Assembly (NCBI GenBank): GCA_951406725.2
Contig: OX597821.1
Location: forward strand, 70,866,001 to 70,930,000
DNA from: Octopus vulgaris
Taxonomy: Eukaryota
DNA: 64,000 nt
Reading direction: 5' to 3'
Below are positions 27,995 to 40,765 of this stretch, in pieces. Under the pieces are notes generated by a model that saw nothing but the letters and a program-made list of their open reading frames with translations, had not been told where the DNA came from and ran no database searches. Both the position numbers and the translations under genes were made by a program. Position 1 is the first letter of the stretch; each line of letters begins with the position of its first letter.

Positions 27995-28150
27995 TGGACA
28001 CATAGGTGCAAAACAAGGTGGAAGATAGTAATCGAATAACGAAGGTAGAGTAATATGATTTTTATTTAAACTGAAAATTTATCACAAGGCAATTTCTTAG
28101 TTTCATGAGTAAGTCTTGTGGTAATTTTGCAGCTTTAATAAAAAGCATTT
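27995..28150. repeat. Decayed hairpin element
   Basis: AATATGATTTTTATTTAAACTGAAAATTTATCACAAG is imperfectly inverted relative to CTTGTGGTAATTTTGCAGCTTTAATAAAAAGCATT. Confidence 0.5.
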
Positions 28151-28537
28151 ATATATAATTATTTTTATTTGTAGTTTGTTATTGTTGTTGCTTTACTTAA
28201 TATACATTCGCCACCGTTTATCTATTTACAAAACAACAGTATTATTCTCTTGAAATTCTTCTGAAAGTCCAACTCTCATATTATCTCCGACAAATGCGGG
28301 TCTCGCATTCGTCCTACTGACCAGGACGCCAGCAAACTTAAGGTTCAAGTGCTTTACTCACGATCACAAATCATTGATTTATTCAAGAATTGAACCGATT
28401 ATCTAGCAATCGAAAACCCAATGCTCAAACATTAAGCCACACACATACATACGTATAGGGATACATATGCATATATACATGTTTGTGTGTGTATTCAACA
28501 ATTATACGATCAATATGTATACATATATGCTTGTATG

Positions 28538-28576
<39 letters not shown>

Positions 28577-28825
28577 ATACGTATATATATATGTGTGTGT
28601 GTGTTCTTTATGTTGCTTGTCTTGTTTTCCATTTGTTTCTTTCGTTGTTCGCAAAAGAAATTCATATTCCATGTATTCGTATTTTGTATTTTATGTTGTT
28701 TACGTTCCGTGATGTCCTGTGCCCACATCTGCATATGCAAGTATGTACACATACGTATGTATATATGCATATATATATCATTTAAATTGTTATATATATA
28801 TATACACACATATATATATACATAC

Positions 28826-28857
<32 letters not shown>

Positions 28858-29110
28858 ATGTGTATGTATGTATGTATGCATGTATGTATGTAAGTATATA
28901 TATACATGAATACATATCGTTATGAAAGAAGCACTCCTGCAGGCATATACTGTAATGTAGACGAGGCAATATATAAACACTCAGAAAAGACTCAAAATAT
29001 GCAGATAAATATTAACTAAACCTCTCTATAAATGTCAATAAACACACACGTACGCACATTATATATATACACGCACACACACATATATATATTCTACATA
29101 CGCACATACA

Positions 29111-29146
<36 letters not shown>

Positions 29147-29820
29147 CGTACATATACTCTATATATACATAACTATATTTACACACACACACACATATAT
29201 GCATATATACAAATATATACACACACACATACATATATACATATGTATATAATACTTATATATTTATAAGAATATGTTTCTACGTGTATGTAAATATATA
29301 TATATTTATACATATATATGTATGTATATATATTTACATATGATATAATAAAATAAAATATTATATAAATATATATATATATACATATATATATATGTAT
29401 ATATGTATGTATGTGTATGTATATGTTCATGTATGCACTTATGTGTGTGTGTATATATATGTATGTGTGTGTGTGTCACACAAAAAAGAAGGGAATATTA
29501 ATGCTAGAGCAATGCCTGTCTGTCTGTTTATGTAAATATCGGAAAGACACCACACCTTCGATATGTAAAAAACATTAAATCATAGTCTTTGAAAGGTTTT
29601 ATTAAAAATCATTGTTCGCTCGGCTTCAGGGGACAGCAGAGTATATTTATTTATTTGCAATCGTACGGCTGGACATTCGCCTCTGAATATTACTTTTTAA
29701 CTTGACATGTAATTTTTTTACTTCTATCATATTTTATATTTCATCCTTGGTGACGTTGTAGCAACGTTACATTGCAATAAATTACATATTTTCCATTTTC
29801 TTTTTTCAAATAGTGATACA

Positions 29821-29890
<70 letters not shown>

Positions 29891-29907
29891 TAATAATAAT
29901 AATAGTA

Positions 29908-29955
<48 letters not shown>

Positions 29956-29967
29956 GTAATAATAATA

Positions 29968-30165
29968 ATCCTTTCTACTAAAGGCACAAAGCCTGCAATT
30001 TTGGGCGAGAGGTCCATTTCATCGACCCCAGTGTTCCGCTGGTATTTAATTTATCGACCCCCAAAGGATGAAAGGCAAAGTCGACCTCGGCGGAATTTGA
30101 TCTCAGAACGTGATGTCGCGCGAAATACCACAAAGCATTTTGTCCGGTGTGCTAACAATTCTGAG
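29968..30165 (-). mobile_element. SINE family A after (TAA)n
   Basis: CCTTTCTACTAAAGGCACAAAGCCTG...AAGGATGAAAGGCAAAGTCGACCTCGGCGGAATTTGA. Confidence 0.85.
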
Positions 30166-30697
30166 CTAATCGTTGAAGGTAAAAATGTCACTATTCTCTA
30201 GGATTTTCCAGTTAACACTGACAGAACGACCCAGGCTAATCGACCAGACATAATTATTAAAGACGGGGAAGAAAACACTTGTAGACTAATAGATGTAAGT
30301 GTTCCCACTGATAAAAATATATCTGTCAAGGAATTTGACAAACTAAGTAAATATAAAGACCTGAAAATTCAATTACAAAATATATGGCATCTTAAAACGA
30401 GAACTGTTCCTGTTATTGTGGGTGCACTAGGTATGATAAAAAAAGGGATATCAGAAACATCTAGATAAGATCCCAGGAGAACCATGTCTCAGAGAAATCC
30501 AAAGATTGTACTGACAAGTACTGCCAACATCGTTCGAAAAATCTTATCCATTTAAATGTCTGTTGTATTACATGAAGATATTTCTCTACATCCGCTCCAA
30601 AGCGTTCAGTTATACTGTAACATCTCTTATCCTTCACTCGCCCCAGGACACTGGATTTGTCTTGGCAAGTGACTGTAACAAACATGCAGATTAAAAG

Positions 30698-30700
<3 letters not shown>
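30166..30700 (+). pseudogene. R4/Dong-type LINE RLE domain plus 3'UTR
   Basis: EGKNVTIL*DFPVNTDRTTQANRPDIIIKDGEENTCRLIDVSVPTDKNISVKEFDKLSKYKDLKIQLQNIWHLKTRTVPVIVGALGMIKK (PD..D..K..KY signature). Ends at (AAT)n. Confidence 0.92.
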
Positions 30701-30788
<88 letters not shown>

Positions 30789-30795
30789 TGATGAT

Positions 30796-30899
<104 letters not shown>

Positions 30900-30907
30900 T
30901 GATAATA

Positions 30908-31145
30908 GGCCACAGTATCAGAAGACATCAAGAGGAATATAGAGAGAGGAAATTGGAATAGAGTGCCCAGTAGAACTGTTACAAAAGGTTTGCCTCACTG
31001 GCATGGACAGAATGATCAGGAAAGTATTAGATAACAGAAAAGAAACGGATAGCAAGGTACGGTAGGCTACGGGTAGTAAGCCCGCTACGTATGCACGTAT
31101 GTAAGACTCCAGAAGCTCCGACAAAACCCGTGATAAAAAGAAATA
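30908..31145 (+). mobile_element. R4/Dong-type LINE extreme 3' end
   Basis: IGIECPVELLQKVCL..RMIRKVLD plus 3'UTR. Same subfamily as 49042-49270 (minus) and 52900-53020. Confidence 0.85.
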
Positions 31146-31162
31146 CTTCTACTATTACTACA

Positions 31163-31230
<68 letters not shown>

Positions 31231-31233
31231 TAC

Positions 31234-31276
<43 letters not shown>

Positions 31277-31655
31277 GGTTCCAAATTTTGTCAGAAGGGC
31301 AGCAATTTCGGGGGAGGGGAGGAATCGACTCTATAACTGAAGTCTTACTTATTTGGTCGACCCCAAGAGAGTGAAAGACAAAGTAGACCTCGATGTAATT
31401 TGAACATAATTTGTCCAGTATGCTAAAGATTCTACCAGTAGGTCATGCGCTGTTTATCTTGATGCGAGATTACCATGTTGCGCACATGTGGTTGAGATGC
31501 ATGTGGCTAGTCTATCCTTATCAGATTTCTGATCAACATATATATATATGATTTCATCCGAATCATGGTCACAATGTTTTTTAACCTGTTACAAAAATTG
31601 AGACAAACACATGAATGCAAGTATAAATAGGCTTGCAAATGTATGCATCTATCTA

Positions 31656-31716
<61 letters not shown>

Positions 31717-31879
31717 CAACATATATGTATGTTTGTGTATATATATATATATATATATTTTACATGCATATATTATATATTTAGCTGTATATATGTATGC
31801 GCATGCAAATATATATTTACATTAATTAATATATGTATGTAAGTATATATACTTAAAGATACGTATATATGTATGTGCG

Positions 31880-31920
<41 letters not shown>

Positions 31921-31932
31921 ATTTATATATAT

Positions 31933-31966
<34 letters not shown>

Positions 31967-32213
31967 GTATGTATGTGTGTATGTATATATATTTGTGTGC
32001 TTATAAGTTTGTATTAGTGTGTTGCTGTATGTGTGAGTGTTGATGTGTTTGAATATATGAGCGAGTGAGAGTGTATGAACGGGTAATGCTGCACTCCTTA
32101 GGTGCATGTGATGTTCAGACATGCTTTGAAAATGTTATTAAAATCGTTCTTTGTCGCCGCTTCAGGGAGAAAGTTATATATTTTGTAGTTATTATCTGTA
32201 GCATATATGTGTG

Positions 32214-32315
<102 letters not shown>

Positions 32316-32432
32316 GCATATATATATATATACACACGGAGATATATATATATATATATATATACATACGCAGATATATATATATACGTAGATTAATATA
32401 TATGTGTATATATGCACGTGTGTGTGTGTGTG

Positions 32433-32484
<52 letters not shown>

Positions 32485-32794
32485 CATTTTCATATTTTGC
32501 ATCCGCTTACTTTGCCTTCGATATTCTGTTAAGAATATATTGACTTCACCTCTGTGTTACTGTTTCGTTTTGGGTTTTTTTTTTACTTTATTTCCCCCCT
32601 CCCCTTCTCTCGGTGTTAGACATTTATTGTTTTGTTTTGTTTTTCTTCTTAGTAGACGTGTTTACTGCTTTCTGGAAAAATATATTGATATATCGTCACA
32701 AAGTTACCACCATATTTGAAGCAAAAACCCCGTGGTGAGTTGTCTTACAACTATTCTATGTACGTACACAAATACATATCCATACATCTACGTA

Positions 32795-32830
<36 letters not shown>

Positions 32831-32834
32831 CATG

Positions 32835-33125
32835 GGTCTCCGTCGTTTGTGATGACGAACGTTTCTGTTGATCTGGTCGACGGAACAGCCAGCACGTGAA
32901 ATTAATGTGCAAGTAGCTGAGTACTCCACTGACACTCATAGACATTTCGTAGTTTAGAAGGAGATTCAGCGTGAGACAAAATGTGACAAGGCTTGCGTTT
33001 TGAAATACCGGTATTATTCATTTTTACCAGCTGAGTGGACTTGCACAACGGGAAATAAAGCGTTTTGCTCAAGTGCACAAACCGCTACCGGTATCGAACT
33101 CACAACCTTCTGATCGCGAGCCAAA
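32835..33125 (-). mobile_element. SINE (family B centre plus D-type tail)
   Basis: CGGAACAGCCAGCACGTGAAATTAATGTGCAAG...CCAGCTGAGTGGAC...TTGCTCAAG...ATCGAACTCACAACC. Confidence 0.78.
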
Positions 33126-33184
33126 AAAACCCCCACCACAAAGCTATGCTTCCTTTCACATACACACACACACACACATACATT

Positions 33185-33345
33185 GGTTCCAAATTGTGGC
33201 ACAAAACCAGCAATTCCAGGGACGGGGTAAAACGATAGCAACAGCTCCAGTGCTTAACTGGTACAAATGTTATCAACCCCGAAAAGGATACAAAATTAAA
33301 GTCAACGCCGGCGGTATTTGAATTCAATACATCAAGACGCACGAT
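33185..33345 (-). mobile_element. SINE family A fragment
   Basis: GGTTCCAAATTGTGGCACAAAACCAGC...AAAGTCAACGCCGGCGGTATTTGAATTC. Confidence 0.7.
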
Positions 33346-33704
33346 GTTTTTCTTATTTACTCCTCATCAGTGATTTACGTATTGAATGCTTGTAAATCTA
33401 GAAACCGTTTACAACATTGCAACGGAATCTGTCCCTCGCCATTCCTGCCTAAGTACTAAAATTTATTGTCACTAACGATATGATGTATTAAAACCGAACG
33501 AAACAGTGTTTATTTAACAAGATAGCCCTTATGCATCTCATGACGAGATACTTCTGTACTGAGAGGGATGTACCACAATCAGTGGTACAGTATCCCACCC
33601 GTGTGGGATCGATGCAAGATGGGTCGAAACGATTGTTCGGAGCAATAAAGTTTCTCGTATGTTCCTTTTCTGTCTCTATCATTTCTTATATGTGTATGTA
33701 CATA

Positions 33705-33772
<68 letters not shown>

Positions 33773-33984
33773 TGTGGATCTGTAGTCATCTAATCCTCTT
33801 TCCCCTTTCTGGTTTTGAGAAGCCTAATTTCTCAAGGCTGGTATTTAGGCAGTGTGTTACATACCCCAGTACCCCAATAATTACAGGTATAAACCTGAAC
33901 TTATGATTTAGATAGATTAACTGTATATTCCTGAATGGTTCAGCATATGTATGCATTTATGTATGTATGTATTATGCATTTATA

Positions 33985-34350
33985 TGGCTGTGCAATAAAA
34001 AGTTTGATTCTCAACCACATGGCACCTCTAGCAAGTGTCTTCTCCAATAGCCTCGGGCCGTCCAAAGCCTTTTGGGTGTATTTGGTAGATGGAAACTGAA
34101 AAAAGACAAAAAACTCATCGTATGTGTGTGTGTGCGTGTGCGTGTGTGTGTGTGTTTATCCCCCACTCACACCATTTGACAACTGGTGTTGGTTTGTTTA
34201 CGTCTCTGTAACACTAGCGGTTCGGCAAAAAAGAACAATAGAATAGATATCAGGTTTTAAAAATTAAGGGTTGTGTTCGTTTCTTTCCGCTAAAACATTC
34301 TTCAAGACGGTGCCCCAGCATGGCCGCAGTTTGTTGACTAAAAAGGTAAA
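33985..34350 (+). mobile_element. SINE family C, near full length
   Basis: GGCTGTG..CAACCACATGGCACC..AAGTGTCTTCTCCAATAGCCTCGGGCCG..GGAAACTGAAA..(GT)n..GGTGCCCCAGCATGGCCGCAGT. Confidence 0.8.
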
Positions 34351-34378
34351 TGATGAAAAAACACTTATATGATATATG

Positions 34379-34380
34379 TT

Positions 34381-34452
<72 letters not shown>
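34379..34452. repeat. (AGT)n microsatellite
   Basis: Directly visible. Abuts the Penelope-like remnant. Confidence 0.95.
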
Positions 34453-34464
34453 AACTTTAAAATT

Positions 34465-35825
34465 ATGCTAGGAAATAATCCAATATTAATAATGTTATTA
34501 CTAAGAAAAGTGTGTACATAAATAATAGAATGAATAAATCAAGTAATATTATTTGTATGATGGATGCACCATTCACATATTCAATAGCTGCTAATATTCC
34601 TCGAAAATTCTTTGCTACACTAGATAAGTATTTCCCACCGTCAAGTAGATATGGAAAGTTATTTAATCGCCATAGTATACAGTTTTCGTATTCAACCACT
34701 AGAAATTTAACTGAGATTATAGCAGCACACAATAAACAGAGAATTAGAGAATATCTCAAGTAAAAATCTGTAAGCAAGAGTAAGATCGATAATGTGTATT
34801 GTGATTTCGATTCTTTAAGTAATTCCGACTCTGATAATGTAGTTAACACCTAGTTTTGATATAATTATAATATTCCCAACTTAACGCTTAATTCTGAGAG
34901 GAGGAATGGTAGGAATTCTTTTAACCATGAGTACCAAATGCAAATGAATAAATCACATGTAATAGTAAAAACAAAATTCTTTGCCCTTTAGAAAATCATA
35001 GTTTTAGGAAAAATATAGTCTATCAGAGTAAGATAATAACAGGCAATCGTAGGTATTATTGCATTGGTTCATTTGCTGCAATTTGGAAATCTAAATTTCA
35101 TAATCATTCTCACTCATTTAAGTATAGAAGAAAGGGTAATTCTACAAACCTTATAAATGCATTTAAGTTTAAAAAGATAGGAACATTAAGTATGATTTAG
35201 AGCAGTCCATTATTGGTTACGCACCATCGTACAACATTGGCAATTCTACATGTGATCTTTGCTTTGAAGAAATGTATTACGTAATTACTTCTAAATGTAT
35301 TTTATTAAATTTTAATTGTAATTTTACAATCAAATGTTGCCACAAATCTCGAAAGGCATTTAAATATTTCAATTTTTTTTATTATAATTGCTTTTTATAT
35401 ATCATATAAGTGTATTTTTTCTAAAAAAAGTTTACTATATTTAATAGACAACTAATTGTCGTGGTGTAAAATCTCTATATATTTCTAATTGTCGTAACGT
35501 AAAATTCTTATGTTTGTTTTTATTCTTTCGTTGTCCATTGAGGTCGCCAATAGTTGAATACAAAAATAACTTTTCTTAGATTATATTTCTTCTTAACGTT
35601 CTTTTTTAGATGGTCGTCCACTGGAAATATTTCCTTGGTTCACTTTGGATTTAACTAATTTTGGATCACTTTTTTGGATCACCTTAAAAGCGTTGTGCTA
35701 ACAGGTATTTTCGGAAATATTAATCTTAATGATTTTTTTCGTATCTAAGTATGAAATACAACCGAAGCAATCGTCGGTTTTGCAAGGTGAATGCTACAAT
35801 CAAAGATGTGTTTTTCTCTACACGT
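34465..35825 (+). pseudogene. Penelope-like element remnant: RT thumb, Cys-rich linker, GIY-YIG endonuclease and 3' non-coding region
   Basis: APFTYSIAANIPRKFFATLDKYFP..KLFNRHSIQFSYSTTRNLTEIIAAHNK (matches PLE NPPF..NIG..F..KIFNR..SYS..N...II..HNK). Then CNSKNKILCPLE, IVY (35015-23), YCIG (35057-68) and WKSKFHNHSHSF. After a frameshift: YNIGNSTCDLCFEEMYYV..LLN..KCCHK. Confidence 0.88.
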
Positions 35826-35864
35826 ATTTTTGTTGTTGCATGTGTGTGTATGTATGTATATATG

Positions 35865-35923
<59 letters not shown>

Positions 35924-36201
35924 ATTTAGGAATGGTCAAATACAACAATATCTGTTTCAAAACACGATTTCACATCCAAAATCTTGCAAAACAAATATAT
36001 AAATATATAAAATATATAAACGTATATATATCATGATTTATATGTATGAATGTTAGTGTGTTTGTGTGTGTAATTGTGTGTAAACACGTTTCTTATCAGT
36101 GTAATATTTTGTTATATTCATATTGACTTACAGTCGCGCACTGCCCATCCCCACACACACGCACATACACACACACACAGACATGCTCTCACATTATTGG
36201 C

Positions 36202-36296
<95 letters not shown>

Positions 36297-36847
36297 CCCA
36301 AATGGAAACTTATTTTGAGAGTTTCTTAAAATTCGAGGACATAAAGAAATAAAATGTGAGAGTGAGAAAGCAAGAGAGCGAAAGATAGAGTTCGGAAAGT
36401 AAAGGAGGAAAAAAGGGACAAGAAAAGCGCCTGGGAAAAATAGATAGGTAGAGAGCTAGAGAGGGAGGAGTGGGAGAGAGAGATGTCGATAGAAAGAGAA
36501 GGATTTCCTAATCAGAGATAATATAAAGTCGTAGCTGCAGGCTCAACGTTGGACAAATAGACAATCGGAATAATGCAGGACTTTAATGACAAAGCTATGT
36601 CTTTCAGGGCGTAGATTAGGAAAATACAAAAAGAAGACTTTGTGAATGGTGGCGATGGCTTTAGTAATGAACCAGAAGTGTGATTGTGGATATATATTGG
36701 ATAATCGTGGATAGATTCTGATCTTATTTAGATTTGTCGAGTAGTGTGCATTTACTGGGTTCGTATACGGACTGCTTTTTTAGAAGTCTTGGTTTAAGTC
36801 GGACTCGAAGATCGAAAGAGACAGACAGACAGAGAGACAGACTGATT

Positions 36848-37135
<288 letters not shown>

Positions 37136-37350
37136 ATGTAGATAAGTATATTGACAGAGATGAGTGAGAAGCCAGGGTTAATTTGAAGAGTCTGAGACCA
37201 GTCAGCTGGGCTGTTATTTTTCTGTCCAGAATAAGTTTACAAACTTTTCTTTGAACAGAGCTAATGTGCAAAACTCCAGCTACTTCGGTGTAAATTTGAA
37301 CGACGCTTTTGTATGTATATTTACTCGGTCTATATGTATTTATACATGTG

Positions 37351-37426
<76 letters not shown>

Positions 37427-38529
37427 ATATAATCCGATTTCAATCGGGTCTACTCCGGCCACATTTTATAAGATGAGGAATTTTGTCCTAGAGGTCACGC
37501 CTTTCATTTGAGAAAAAAATAGTTGTATTTCAGATTTATAGATATTGATGATTGATCTAACATAACTGAAAGCCAGATGCGTTTCATACTGATGAAACCT
37601 CATCCATATATCTAAATCACCGATGCTGTTTCTGTAAAACTGATCAATATTTAATGATTAAAGCAGTTGGGTGTTTGGTAACAGAATGTGATATCGCCCA
37701 AAAACAGTAAAACACAGATGAGATGAGGGCAATGAAAACGACATCACGTTTAAACACATAAGCGTGTTGACTCCATTTGGCGATCCAGTGCAGTTTTTCT
37801 CTGTCTTTGAGTTATCGTTTGTTATTAAAGTGTAATTAAATATTTCTTCTCAATCTGTTAATGACTGCAGCCGATTGAACGAAGCCCTGGTCCGGTAAGA
37901 GCGTAATTCCGAAGGATAAAAAGCAAAGTATATGCTTCGATAGAGAATTCAATAAGCGCTTTAAAAGATACTAGAGTATTACCAATTTATAATAAATGAA
38001 AGCTGTTATTACTTCCAAACGTGTCCCGCTTTTGTCCAGCGATTATATTCAAAATAATAGTAAAACTAGTTAAGCAAAACACATATATATACACAGAGAC
38101 AAACATTTATTCGGATGGATAGGAGTGTATATACGTGTACGTGTGTAGTCTTATTAGGAAACGAAATAGCAAAGGTGAAAGGTTAACAGTGACGTAAGAT
38201 AACAGTTTGAACTCTTTCGATAGCTTCTTAGGGAACAGCGGTGCATATAACTACAACTTTCAAGTCATATATTGAGAATTAGGGCGATCGTGGGTACAGT
38301 TTGCTGACGCATTGTGTCACTTCGACATATGATGTGTGGCACAGATGTACATGCATATCTATGTATATATATTACTATACATTACATATATATATATACC
38401 AATTATATATACATTTGCACACATATATAAGCATATGTCTATTATGTATATATGTGTGAGTATACGTATATATGTGTGTATAAATATATATATATATATG
38501 CGTATATATATATATATATATATATATAT

Positions 38530-38905
38530 GCGTCGGTTACGACGATGAGGGTTCCGGTTGATCCGAATCAACGGAACAGCCTGCTCGTGAAATTAACGTG
38601 TAAGTGGATGAGCAATCCACAGGCACGTGCACCCTTAACGTAGTTCTCGGGGATATTCAGCGTGACACAGAGAGTGACAAGGCCGGCCCCTTGAAATACA
38701 GGTACAACAGAAACAAGAAGTAAGAGTGAGAGAAAGTTGTGGTGAAAGAGTACAGCAGGGATCACCACCATCCCCTGCCGGAGCCTCGTGGAGCTTTTAG
38801 GTGTTTTCGCTCAATAAACACTCACAACGCCCGGTCTGGGAATCGAAACCGCGATCCTATGACTGCAAGTCCGCTGCCCTAACCACTGGGCCATTGCGCC
38901 TCCAC
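38530..38905 (-). mobile_element. Full-length tRNA-derived SINE (family D)
   Basis: Minus strand GTGGAGGCGCAATGGCCCAGTGGTTAGGGCAGCGGACTTGCAGTC..GGTTTCGATTCCCAG (A/B boxes). Tail ends ..CTCATCGTCGTAACCGACG. Confidence 0.88.
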
Positions 38906-38921
38906 ACACACACATATATAT

Positions 38922-39973
38922 ATATATTAATAAATAAAATAAAACATATGCATATATATAAACATATATGTACGTACCTACCTCTACATGTACATACACA
39001 CGCATATATGAGTACAGGACACCAAAAGGACGTCGAACACAATTTGAAACGAAAACATAGATACAAACCAAAGGAACTGGACATTTATTAAAAACAGCAA
39101 CAAAAAAATAGAGTACAGGACAATTAACGCAAAGAAAAAACCCCTTCTTCAGTCGCTAAAGGTTTCATCTACTCAACGTTTCGAAGGATAAAAGCGAGAA
39201 GTATCTTCGACAAGAAAACTTTCCTTCCTGCGAAAAGCAAATCAATTAAAATTCTGAGATCTTTTCGCAGAGGGGTAAAAAATGGTAACAACAGGACAGT
39301 AACGACAGTACAAATTGTAAACAGTAAAAGACAGGTCAAGGAAAAACAAGATAAGAAGGACTGTTGACGCCGAACGAAAATAAGTATTGCAAACGCAGAA
39401 TTTTTTATGGACGACGAGCGGAGCAAAAAGAATGTCGTCCATTACCTTCAGAGAGCCAGGCGAAAGAGACAGCAGCGGAAGTGACGTCGCGGGTGAACGA
39501 CGGGAAGGGGGGAGGAGGAGCAAGAGAAAAGGAGAGAAGAAGGGGAATGACTGCGAGGAAATCATGAAGAATGGAGAGGGGGAGAGAGAGAGTGAAGAAT
39601 GAGAGAGAGAGGATGAGACAAGTTAAGTAGAGGAAAAGGAAAACAAAGAATGAAGGCTGAGAAAGGGATGGAACAGAAAGGTTAAGAGTGCGTGTGAGAG
39701 TTAATATCAAGAACAAAAACTTGATATAAAGAACAATCTTACTTAAGGGGGTGCGTGCGTTTCATCATATAATATATTAATAAATAAAATAAAACATATG
39801 CATATATATAAACATATATGTACGTACCTACCTCTACATGTACATATACACGCATATATGAGTACAGGACACCAAAAGGACGTCGAACACAATAAGAAAC
39901 GAAAACATAGACACAAACCAAAGGAACTGGACATTTATTTAAAAACAGCAAAAAAAAAATAGAGTACAGGACA
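38922..39973 (-). mobile_element. Non-coding element with ~200-bp terminal direct repeats (pseudo-LTR/partial tandem), in (TA)n
   Basis: 38922-39122 is near-identical to 39772-39973 (period 850 bp). No TG..CA ends, PBS or ORF seen. Strand is inferred from hammerhead-like half-cores. Confidence 0.8.
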
Positions 39974-40002
39974 TATATATATATATACTCACACCAACCC
40001 AC

Positions 40003-40041
<39 letters not shown>

Positions 40042-40079
40042 GAAATATTATTATTTCTAAATCTATCAAAGCGATACAT

Positions 40080-40271
40080 TCAGTAACAGTTCTCTAAAGT
40101 AATGGCTATCTGCCAACACAATGTGGCTGTCCCGAAATGGACGATGTAACTGTTGTTTTACCCCCAAGAAACATCGTTTCCAGCTGGACACACGACACAC
40201 TCTCTGTGTCCCCATATGGGACAACCACATTGTGTTGGCAGGTGGCCTTTACTCTAAAGAACTGTTACTGA
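40080..40271. repeat. Hairpin element with ~54-bp inverted arms
   Basis: TCAGTAACAGTTCTCTAAAGTAATGGCTATCTGCCAACACAATGTGGCTGTCCC (40080-40133) is inverted at 40218-40271. Confidence 0.85.
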
Positions 40272-40279
40272 TGTGCGTG

Positions 40280-40319
<40 letters not shown>

Positions 40320-40325
<6 letters not shown>

Positions 40326-40490
40326 TAAATTAGAGACAAAACCACTATTAGGCAAATCAAACAATGAAAAACTTAAGCCAATACATATTATTAATTTATA
40401 TTATTTGAATATATTTTACTATAAAATTGGATTCAATCCTAAATCTGATTTTTCCCTGTAAGTTTGGATTTATTCCCTAATATTTATTAT

Positions 40491-40533
<43 letters not shown>

Positions 40534-40697
40534 TAAATTAGAGACAAAACCACTATTAGGCAAATCAAACAATGAAAAACTTAAGCCAATACATATTATT
40601 AATTTATATTATTTGAATATATTTTACTATAAAATTGGATTCAATCCTAAATCTGATTTTTCCTGTAAGTTTGGATTTATTCCCTAATATTTATTAT

Positions 40698-40701
<4 letters not shown>
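40320..40701 (+). mobile_element. Two tandem internally deleted copies of the 1721-2246 family
   Basis: 40320-40494 and 40528-40701 each consist of the first ~90 bp of the left arm fused to the tail, separated by (TA)n. Confidence 0.88.
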
Positions 40702-40764
<63 letters not shown>

Positions 40765-40765
40765 T

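Noticed and set aside
27995-28150. Hammerhead within the decayed hairpin
   Set aside because: Only a GAAAC on the minus strand remains, with no CUGANGA or stem II.
39169-39716. Several overlapping ORFs inside the direct-repeat element
   Set aside because: Low-complexity purine-rich sequence with no gag, RT or other motif.
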